Shown: positions 29,363 to 37,547 of the stretch, one piece after another | How positions within the stretch are numbered: the first letter of the stretch is position 1 | How the letters are laid out: each line of letters opens with the position of its first letter | Notes under the pieces: model-generated | Told to the model about the DNA's origin: nothing | Databases searched by the model: none | The model's input: only the letters and a program-made list of their open reading frames with translations | NCBI GenBank assembly: GCA_963754925.1 | Contig: CAVWHX010000004.1 | Span: forward strand, 512,001 to 576,000 | Direction of reading: 5' to 3' | DNA from: an uncultured delta proteobacterium | GTDB taxonomy: Bacteria > Myxococcota > B64-G9 | Length of the DNA stretch: 64,000 nucleotides | Made by a program: the position numbers and the translations under genes

Positions 29363-30883
29363 TTACTGCCAATAATAGCGCAGGCTTACCAACACAATGT
29401 TGTTGGATGCATAGGGGGCTCCGGCGGTGCCGGTAAAGTACGAGTTATCTGTCCAAGAGTACTGCAAGCCGGTCTGCATGACGCCGATGCTGCCCTGGTA
29501 GAATTTCCACCATCCGCCGGCCGTAACCTGGGAGATACTGTTGACCTGGCCCTGATTGGTGGAGACCGCCGCGCCGATTTTGGTATCATAGAGGCTGCTG
29601 CCGTAGCCATACCCTTTGCCGCCCTGATTCCAGGAAGTCCTCTCCACCTGCTCCCGGCCATAATATACGTAGAAGTTCCAATCGCTCGTCGGGTTGAACT
29701 TCAGGCCGGCAAGAAGCTGCAATTCTTTAATCGGCACGAGTTTGCCTTCCGGGTCCACGGTGACATCGGGCAATTGGCCGGATCCGTATCGGCCGATCCC
29801 TTTACCGTAGGTGGCGCTGCCCTGAAGACTAAGCATTTTCGTTATCAGCGGCAGAATGAAACCGACGCCCACGTCATCGACGGTGGTATTTATTTTCGTC
29901 ACTTTTCCGCTGCCTGCGATGTTCGACGGGAAGACTCGAACCATATCAAATACCTCATAGTGTCCCCAGCCGGGCTCAAAGGCTGCCTTTACGACAATAT
30001 CCGGAAAAGGGCTCGACGACAGGTTTGCGGCGTAATTCGAGCCAAACGTCTGGTTGATTGCCACTTCGGTCGTGGGCAAATTCGGCCCCCCGTTATAAGT
30101 AGTCTGGGGGTTTTCGACCGAAAGAGCCAGCCAAACTTTTTTGTTCCAGTCCCAAGCAACGCGCACTTGGGGCTGACGGGCCCAGGTGAAGCCGGGAACG
30201 TACTGGGCGTCTATCGTTGCCGGGCTGACTTCGTTGCGCGGGGTAATGCCCTTGTCGTTTAACGTTACCAGCGACCAGGTCTGGCCGGCAAGTATATGCA
30301 GGCCGAGCGCATCCCAATCGACGGCCGCGTAGAGATGCCGGATCCGAGGGTTAAAGGAGTTGCTTTCATTAGAGTTGGCGGTGGGGGCCGCACCGAGAAA
30401 GTCCATCTCGTAATAGCCGGCAAGATGGGTTTGGGGACTGTAATCGCCCTGCACGAGCAGGGATAGCCTGGTCTGACGCGCGCTGAATCTTGTCTCATGC
30501 TGGTAGAAGCCGGCCGAATTGGACAGCGGCAGCTTTTGAAACGGCGTCGCTACATCCGAATTCATATTCTTGTCGCGGTAAATGCCCGCCGCTTCGATGA
30601 AGCCCCCTAGATTGAGCGTGATCCCCTTATACTTAAAGGTGAGGCCGCCTGCGTTATTCGCCGACTGCTCGGCTGCCGACTGATTGGCTACCGGCTCCGG
30701 CTGATAGGTCGCCGGCTGCGGGGTATCCTTGGCGGTATCCGCAGGTGATGAGTGTTCCTGTTCGACAGCGGGGGTGGTTGGTGTGATTTCCGTATCGGCT
30801 GCAGAGAGTACCTTGGGAATCATCACAAAACTAAGCAGGATTAACAGCTTGTAACTAAGAGCAATTCTTTTTGAAATTCGCAT
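29363..30883 (-). CDS. Outer-membrane porin-like protein (DcaP-like)
   Basis: Signal peptide, SARQTRL, YYEMDF, PRIRHLYA, AGQTWSL, C-terminal LRYYW; beta-strand rich. Confidence 0.7.
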   Translation of the reverse strand: MRISKRIALSYKLLILLSFVMIPKVLSAADTEITPTTPAVEQEHSSPADTAKDTPQPATYQPEPVANQSAAEQSANNAGGLTFKYKGITLNLGGFIEAAGIYRDKNMNSDVATPFQKLPLSNSAGFYQHETRFSARQTRLSLLVQGDYSPQTHLAGYYEMDFLGAAPTANSNESNSFNPRIRHLYAAVDWDALGLHILAGQTWSLVTLNDKGITPRNEVSPATIDAQYVPGFTWARQPQVRVAWDWNKKVWLALSVENPQTTYNGGPNLPTTEVAINQTFGSNYAANLSSSPFPDIVVKAAFEPGWGHYEVFDMVRVFPSNIAGSGKVTKINTTVDDVGVGFILPLITKMLSLQGSATYGKGIGRYGSGQLPDVTVDPEGKLVPIKELQLLAGLKFNPTSDWNFYVYYGREQVERTSWNQGGKGYGYGSSLYDTKIGAAVSTNQGQVNSISQVTAGGWWKFYQGSIGVMQTGLQYSWTDNSYFTGTAGAPYASNNIVLVSLRYYWQ

Positions 30884-31081
30884 TCGGTAACCTCCAGTAT
30901 GGGTAGTAAAAAAAATTTTATTGGGCATAAACATGGATTACCTCTGTGACGAATTAGTGACGATAAGGTGAAAAAGTCGTGAAATCGACATATGGCAGCA
31001 GATAGCGAGTTCCAGTAATTAATGCTTTTTGTAGGACGAAAGGATGACAATGAAGCAGTACTAGTGTAAAATTATCGTGAT

Positions 31082-33460
31082 TTGAAAACTTTCGAAGCCA
31101 ACCTGCGCGAATCCCTAGGAATCCCCAAAGATGCAATCCGGGTCATCGTTTTCGGCGAGACCAGCCACTGGGATGTGAACTGGCTGCATACGTCGGCTGA
31201 ATACTACCGGATGCGCATCGAGAGCGTCATCGAGCGAGCCATCGCTGAGCTAGAGGCCGAACCAAGAAGGGTTTTTGGGATCGAGAGCCTGTTCTTCCTC
31301 GATGTGTACTGGCAAAATCGGCCGGAGCGACGCGAGGTCGTCCGTAACCTTATCAACGCCGGCCGACTGCGGCTTTTAGGTTGCGGCTTGACGTCCCCTG
31401 ACGCCACCCTGCCCGCAACCGAGGCGATCCTGCGCGACTACCTGCTCGGCCAGCAGTGGTTGCGAACGCACGGAATGACGATCGAACCGCGACTTGCGTA
31501 CCTACCCGACGACTTCGGCCTATCACCTGAATTGCCGGCGCTTTTGCGCGCGCTCGGATTCGATCAGGCCGGCATCACTCGCATCGACGGCATGCATTTC
31601 CTGGCCACCGATTATCGCCCGCGTTCGGCCTTCCCCCTTCCCGGATCGAGCGCCGAGCTGCTCCAACGCACCCATCGCAGCCTGGATTTTGTCTGGCAGG
31701 CGGGCGACGGGTCCGAGGTGCTGACCCACTGGAACGCCTTCACCTACTTTCAGGGCGATATGGTGGCCCACAAAGGCATCATCCGCTGGATGGGATGGAC
31801 CATGGGCGTTCCCTGGCGCAGCGAAGGCCACGTGGCCCGGCGGATCGACGGATACATCAAAAAGCTCGAACCGCTTTCACCGACCGGGTACCTGTTCTGT
31901 CCGATAGGCTGCGATTTCAACGATCCCATCCCCGACTTGGTCGCGTTGCTCGATCGGTACAACCGCGAGCGTTTCGGCCGTACGGGCACCTGGGCGATAA
32001 GCGCCGGGCTGGACGACTACCTTCGGCTGGTCGGTTGCCACCGCGATCGCCTGCCGGTGCTGCGTTTGGATCCCAATCCCTACTGGATGGGATTCTACGC
32101 TTCGCGGCCCGAGGCCAAACAACGCTGCAAGCGCATCGTCGGCAAACTGCTTGCCGCCGAGAGCCGCCATTGCCCGGACAACAACGGCAACGGCGCAAAC
32201 CTCGCCCGATCCTGGGAGATGGTGGCCGTGAGCAACCACCATGATTTCATCACCGGCACCTCCAACGATCGGGTCTGGAACACCGAGCAAAAACCCTGGC
32301 TGGAAACGGCCGAGTCTCTGGCAGACCAGGCCCTGGTCGACGCTGCGTGCGCCTCCGAACATCGAGAGCCGCCGCTTCTGGACTGCCCCCCGCAGTGGAG
32401 CCTCAAGAACGGACGCTTAGAAATAATCAGCCCCTCTTATCGATTGGTTCTCGAGGAGCAGGCGGGCGGCTGCATTGTTTCCTGGCTCGACGCGGATGGA
32501 CGCGAGCTTCTCGACGGCCCCGCCAACGACCTGGTGAGTTTCCACGACTCGGGCGGACTGTGGCGCCTCGGGCACGAATTTTTGGGCGGTCATTTTCGGG
32601 AGTGGCGCCGGGCCAGTCAAGAGAAGGCGCGGCTTCTGGCCTTCGAGGATCAGGGCTATCTGCAAGTGCGCATCATATCCGATCGGCGATTCATGCCGGT
32701 AGTGCGCACGTTGTGGCTCGAACGGGATACTCCGGTAATTCGTATGCGTTTGCAGGGCGCGGCGGCCGCCCGCTGTACGGTGTGCGTGCGTTTTCCTACC
32801 CGGTTACACGCCCGGCGCCTATGCATGGACGTCCTCGGCGGAGTGGTCGAACGACCTCACCGGAAACTCTACAATCCCACCTTTTGGCCGCTGCGTTCGT
32901 TTGCCCACCTGCGCGACGAGCAATCGGACGTGGGCCTGGCGATAGTCTTGGGCGGCCCGGCCAGCCTGTCTTCCGACGGCTGCGGCCGACTCGACTGGGT
33001 GGCGCTGCGCAACGCCTACCGCGAGCGAGCTTTCGGCCTTTTGCCGATCCTGGCCCACCCGACCGGCGGCCGCGATCCCGACGAGCACACCTTTGACTAT
33101 GCAGTTTGGTCCACTCCCAAGGGCGATTGGCTGTCTAATAGCCTGCCGCGTTTTGCCCGCGAGGTGCGGTCCGACTTCTCCGGCTGGGCCGGCGGTCTGT
33201 GTCAGCCGCTCGTTACGCTCAACCGCGACGACGTGCTCCTCACCGCGGTCAAACCGGCTCATAACGGCGGGGGTACGGTGATCCGGCTGACCCGTCTGGG
33301 CCCTCCCGGCCCGGTCGGCCTCGAGTCGGGCAACGGGTGCATCCGGGACGCCTGGATCGTAGACGCTCGGGAACGGGATCTGGAGCGACTGCCGGTACAA
33401 TCCGGCCGGGTACTTGTTGACCTAGCCTACGCTCTAACTTCGGTGCGACTGATCTATTAG
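31082..33460 (+). CDS. Glycoside hydrolase family 38 (alpha-mannosidase-like)
   Basis: SHWDVNW, YLPDDFG, GFYASRP..K, NHHDFITGTS, LLTAVKPA; start uncertain. Confidence 0.85.
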   Translation: MKTFEANLRESLGIPKDAIRVIVFGETSHWDVNWLHTSAEYYRMRIESVIERAIAELEAEPRRVFGIESLFFLDVYWQNRPERREVVRNLINAGRLRLLGCGLTSPDATLPATEAILRDYLLGQQWLRTHGMTIEPRLAYLPDDFGLSPELPALLRALGFDQAGITRIDGMHFLATDYRPRSAFPLPGSSAELLQRTHRSLDFVWQAGDGSEVLTHWNAFTYFQGDMVAHKGIIRWMGWTMGVPWRSEGHVARRIDGYIKKLEPLSPTGYLFCPIGCDFNDPIPDLVALLDRYNRERFGRTGTWAISAGLDDYLRLVGCHRDRLPVLRLDPNPYWMGFYASRPEAKQRCKRIVGKLLAAESRHCPDNNGNGANLARSWEMVAVSNHHDFITGTSNDRVWNTEQKPWLETAESLADQALVDAACASEHREPPLLDCPPQWSLKNGRLEIISPSYRLVLEEQAGGCIVSWLDADGRELLDGPANDLVSFHDSGGLWRLGHEFLGGHFREWRRASQEKARLLAFEDQGYLQVRIISDRRFMPVVRTLWLERDTPVIRMRLQGAAAARCTVCVRFPTRLHARRLCMDVLGGVVERPHRKLYNPTFWPLRSFAHLRDEQSDVGLAIVLGGPASLSSDGCGRLDWVALRNAYRERAFGLLPILAHPTGGRDPDEHTFDYAVWSTPKGDWLSNSLPRFAREVRSDFSGWAGGLCQPLVTLNRDDVLLTAVKPAHNGGGTVIRLTRLGPPGPVGLESGNGCIRDAWIVDARERDLERLPVQSGRVLVDLAYALTSVRLIY

Positions 33461-33541
33461 GCATTTTCTCTGCTCAACGAAATAAAGAAATCAAATCCCT
33501 TACTAGATAAAAAGTCCATAAGGTATATCAGTATTTTGGCG

Positions 33542-33642
33542 CGCCGGGTGACGCCGAGCAGGGGGCCCCCCGCCGGAGCGTAATCATCGTGTTTTTTCGA
33601 TGATGAGCACCGCCGGGGGATGCGAGGCGACAGGACCCGGCG
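33542..33642. repeat. About 100-bp imperfect inverted-repeat extragenic element
   Basis: Nested arms CGCCGGGT/ACCCGGCG, CCCCC/GGGGG and ATCATCG/CGATGAT; right end identical to 60-77. Confidence 0.7.
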
Positions 33643-33753
33643 ATAATTTTGACCATTACGACAATAATAAAATTCGCTTGCCAGCAGCCGCTCAATCACC
33701 CTATTCATTTAATGGTTAGATGCCGACGGTCTTTTATCCGAAGGAGGGGTCTG

Positions 33754-34990
33754 ATGAGCACGATCAAAGGCAATGCCGTGGTGTTCACGCAGGGTGGTCC
33801 GACAGCCGTGATCAACGCTTCGGTGGCCGGGGTGGCGGAGGTGCTGTTTGATGCACCAGAGGTGTTGGGGATCTGGGGCAGCCTCAACGGTATCGACGGC
33901 GTGCTCAAAGAGGACTTCATTGACCTCGGCGCGCAGAGCCACAGCGTCTTCCAAAACATCGCTTTCACGCCGGCCTCGCAGCTACGAACCACGCGTCACA
34001 AACCCACGGCCGACGAGAACTCCTCGATGCTCAAGGTGTTTGAAAAGTACAACATCCGCTACCTCTTTGGCATCGGCGGCAACGACACCTCCGAGACCCT
34101 CGACCTCATTAACGATACCGCCAAAGGCAAGGGCTACGAGCTGCGTCTGTTCCATATCGCCAAGACGGTCGACTGCGATCTGATGGAAAACGATCACACC
34201 CCCGGCTACGGATCGGCCGCGCGCTACGTTGCCAACGCCTTCCGCGGCGTTGATTTGGACAATCAGTGTTTCGGCGGCGTGTACGTCGGGGTGTGCATGG
34301 GTCGTAACGCCGGTTTTCTCACCGCGGCCGCGGCGCTTGCCCGCACGACCCCCGAATCCGGGCCGCATCTGATCTATTTGCCCGAACGCGCCTTCGACGT
34401 CGAGACCTTCGTCAACGACGTTGCGGCGGTCTACAAGAAATACAAGCGCTGCGTGATCGCGGTGTCGGAGGGGATCGAGGACAAAAACCATGTCCCGATC
34501 CTGCAGGTGCTCTCGCAGGGCAAACTCGAAGCCGACAGTCACGGGAACGTTCAGCTCTCGGGCACGGGCGCCTTGGGCGATGCGTTGGTCGACCGCATCA
34601 AGGAGCACTTTGAGAAGGCCGGCATCTCGAAGAAGCTGCGCGCGCGCGGCGACACGCTCGGCTACATCCAGCGCTCGTTTCCCGGATCAGAGCCCGGTCG
34701 ACCGCGAGGAGGCGCGCGAGTGCGGCCGGTTTGCCGCTCGGGTGGCGCTGTCGGGCAAAGTCGACGGCTCCATAGCCATCCAGCGCCTTTCGAACCAGCC
34801 CTACCGGGTCGAATTCAAGCTGGTTCCCCTCAAGGCCGTGGCCGGTAAAACCCGGCGCCTCCCGGACGAGTTCATCAACTCGGCCGGCAACAACGTCACC
34901 GAGGCCTTCCTGCGCTGGGGTCAGCCGCTGCTCGGAGAACTCAACGAATTCGGCGCGCTCGACCTCAGTAAACGGGTGCCGAAGAAATAA
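33754..34990 (+). CDS. pfp: Pyrophosphate-dependent 6-phosphofructokinase; +1 frameshift near 34681-34685
   Basis: QGGPTAVINAS, GIGGNDT (Asp at the donor-specificity site), AKTVDCDL, MGRNAG, LGYIQRS; C-terminus continues in the frame of ORF 34490-34990. Confidence 0.88.
34927..34990 (+). repeat. 64-bp direct repeat copy 1 (3' end of pfp; attL-like)
   Basis: GCTGCTCGGAGAACTC...GCCGAAGAAATAA identical to 42885-42948. Confidence 0.97.
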
Positions 34991-35007
34991 GAAATAGGTG
35001 TAAACGA

Positions 35008-35511
35008 ATGAGCGACATGATCTCTATGCGTTTTGAATCCAGGCTTTCTGCTCCGATAGAGAAAGTCTGGGAGTGGATCACATCAGTCAAAGGGATATCT
35101 GCGGAGATTTGGCCATTTTTTCGCATGACGAGTCCCAAAGGTATTCAGTCATTGGCGGACATCAAGATCAAGCCGGGTACTCCGATGTTCCGAAGCTACA
35201 TATTTCTGTTCGGCTTTCTTCCCATTGACTATTCCGATATGACCCTTCTGGAACTCAATCAAGGGCGTGGATTTGTCGAACAATCCCCGATGGGTTCAAT
35301 GAAACTGTGGCGCCACGAGCGGCAGATCGTTCCGTACCCATCCGATCCCGGAGCGATTCTCTTGGTGGATCAGCTCACCTTCAGCCCCCGCATGGCAAAA
35401 CATCTCGTGCGCTGGTTTATTCGTCACGTCTTTATTCATAGGCACAAGGTGCTCAGAGCGAAGCTTGGCGGTGCCCAACAAAAGACTCCGCTCGTAGAAC
35501 CTGAAAAATGA
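35008..35511 (+). CDS. SRPBCC-like ligand-binding protein
   Basis: SRLSAPIEKVWEW, GRGFVEQS, WRHER, FIHRH pattern. Confidence 0.7.
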   Translation: MSDMISMRFESRLSAPIEKVWEWITSVKGISAEIWPFFRMTSPKGIQSLADIKIKPGTPMFRSYIFLFGFLPIDYSDMTLLELNQGRGFVEQSPMGSMKLWRHERQIVPYPSDPGAILLVDQLTFSPRMAKHLVRWFIRHVFIHRHKVLRAKLGGAQQKTPLVEPEK

Positions 35512-35558
35512 CGAGATATCCAGAAACACAAAAAACAGTTGAAAAAAAAGTCAGGTGA

Positions 35559-35579
35559 TTATGTAGTGTCACTACATAA
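35559..35579. promoter_or_regulatory. Perfect 10-1-10 palindrome upstream of the attI-like site (putative operator)
   Basis: TTATGTAGTG-T-CACTACATAA; TTGAAA at 35539-35544. Confidence 0.55.
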
Positions 35580-35672
35580 GACACTCGGAACACAAGTAGG
35601 CAATAGACCATAGATCGTATGGAAACATATGAATGATCGTTGCATGGTATTCTGAGGGACTCAGGAGGATTG

Positions 35673-35709
35673 TGGAGTTATACAGAAACTATAGAATAAC
35701 TTGTTAAGC
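35673..35709 (+). other. Putative integron attI site, copy 1
   Basis: TGGAGTTATACAGAAACTATAGAATAACTT-GTTAAGC ends in a GTTRRRY core site directly before the first cassette gene and has no attC hairpin; 33 bp repeated at 42852-42884. Confidence 0.65.
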
Positions 35710-35736
35710 TGACTAAAGTCGGATGAGGAAAAGATA

Positions 35737-36387
35737 ATGGAATGGCAGAAAGTAAAGAGAATAAATATTGCGACCGATGAACCCTGCATTTCGATTAAAC
35801 ACGATCGATTTTACTTCAACGTTGTGTTCGTCCGAGTTGCTCAAATTGAATCATATTCCTTTATGAATATCTTCTGCAATGATGATGAAAGGTGTATTGG
35901 ATTTCAGTTCAAGAAAGAGAAAGATTCGCCTGATGATTACAAGATAAATGGATCAATCAAAAAGGGTCTCTATGGACAGTGTCGGGAGATTGTCGAAAAA
36001 GGTTGGGTCAGGTCCGTTATTCAAAACAACAAAAATAACCAGTTCTATGTCTCGCGCGACGGCAAGATTTGGTTTATTAAGTTGATGCCGGCATTTGAGA
36101 CAAGCGTTCTAAGGTCAGAGTATCAGAAGATCAACGCTGAACTATGCGGGATCTATCGGTATGTAAACAAAGAACATGAGATAGTGTACATCGGAAAAGG
36201 AAATATAAGAAAACGTCTATCAGAAAATCAAAGGGAAGGCTGGGATTTTGTAAAAATCGAGTATTCTCAAATTGAAGATGATGAGAAAGCCTATGAGTGG
36301 GAATTATTTTGGATCGACAAGTATGAGTCTGAGAAAGGGAGAATCCCGATCTACAATCAGATAAGGGGACATAGGAATGAAAAATGA
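35737..36387 (+). CDS. GIY-YIG nuclease-domain protein with unknown N-terminal domain (cassette 1)
   Basis: GIYRY...VYIGKG, R..RL, conserved Glu helix, PIYN; AT-rich; stop codon abuts the attC. Confidence 0.75.
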   Translation: MEWQKVKRINIATDEPCISIKHDRFYFNVVFVRVAQIESYSFMNIFCNDDERCIGFQFKKEKDSPDDYKINGSIKKGLYGQCREIVEKGWVRSVIQNNKNNQFYVSRDGKIWFIKLMPAFETSVLRSEYQKINAELCGIYRYVNKEHEIVYIGKGNIRKRLSENQREGWDFVKIEYSQIEDDEKAYEWELFWIDKYESEKGRIPIYNQIRGHRNEK

Positions 36388-36453
36388 GCCTAACAACCAG
36401 TTCAAGCGCGACAACCCGGACAAGCCGGGTTGCGGCTTAACTGGGCGTTATGC
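36388..36453 (+). other. Integron attC site 1 (66 bp)
   Basis: R'' GCCTAAC-5 nt-L'' GTT[C]AAGC, inner stem CAACCCGG/CCGGGTTG, L' GCTTAAC-5 nt-R' GTTATGC. Confidence 0.92.
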
Positions 36454-36550
36454 TTCTTGAATATACAAATTAAACTTTGAATTTCTTGCCCCTTGGGGTG
36501 AGGGTATTTGATTGAGATAGGGATGGAAATGAGCGAATCTGGAGATTATT

Positions 36551-37547
36551 ATGGCTAGAGCAGATTTACTTACAGATCTCGTTAAGTTCGGAATGGTTGG
36601 CGACAAGGCCCGATTCCGCAAGGTTGTCGAAGCTATCATCGCAGAAGAAAGAGCGAAGAAGCATACTGTCCTCGCAAATACGCTGGAGGAACTACTTCGC
36701 TCCACGCCGGCAGACAGACCCATATCGAATGGCAATGCTGTGCTCGATCAGCGGGTTACGAATCTTCTTCGTGAGGTCATGCCTGAGCGGACTTTCGACG
36801 ATCTCGTTCTTCCCAAGGAAGTGAAGGACATTTCGCGGGAGGTGGTTGAAGAACACCACCGGGTTGACCTTCTTCGGTCATACAACTTAGAACCCCGAAA
36901 CCGAATACTGGTCATAGGCCCACCTGGCAATGGAAAGACCTCGTTAGCGGAAGCCTTGGCACACGCACTGATGGTGCCTCTGCTCATCGTCAGATACGAG
37001 GGGGTAGTGGGTACATATCTCGGCGAGACCGCTGTGCGCTTGCGGCGGCTGCTAGAGCATGCAAGCACCCGAAAGTGCGTGCTCTTCTTCGACGAGTTCG
37101 AAACTTTGGGAAAAGAACGCGGCGACAGGCACGAGACCGGTGAGATCAAGCGGGTTGTTAGTTCTCTGTTGATGCAAATTGATTTACTGCCCACCCACGT
37201 AGTGGTCATTGGTGCAACCAACCACGCAGAGCTTCTCGACCGAGCCGTATGGCGCAGATTCCAGGTACGCATGACATTGCCTGAGCCCACGCGCGCCCGA
37301 TTAGCCGAGTGGTTCGGCAATTTCGAGCGACGGATCAAGATGTCTCTTGGATACACCCCCGAGACGCTCGCGAAGAAGCTCTATGGCGTGAACTTCGCCG
37401 AGGCAGAGGAATTCGGGGCAAGTGTTTTTCGCCAATACGTGCTTGAACAACCTGTTTCGTATCATGAAGGCAATTGTGGACCGCACCCTCAAGAATTGGG
37501 CCGCACGATCTGTCAAGACAAAGCAACAAAATGGAGACGATGAATAA
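36551..37547 (+). CDS. AAA+ ATPase, IetA-like; probable +1 frameshift near 37455-37465
   Basis: GPPGNGKT, FFDEFE, GEIKRVVSSLL, ATNH..LLDRAVWRRF. The +1 frame gives MKAIVDRTLKNW...DE* with TAA overlapping the S8 ATG. Confidence 0.88.

Noticed and set aside
29246..30262. 338-aa plus-strand ORF
   Set aside because: Antisense to the porin gene; no recognisable domain.
35559..35579. Palindrome as a dif/Xer site
   Set aside because: Arms are separated by 1 bp rather than 6 bp and do not match the XerD arm beyond TTATGT.
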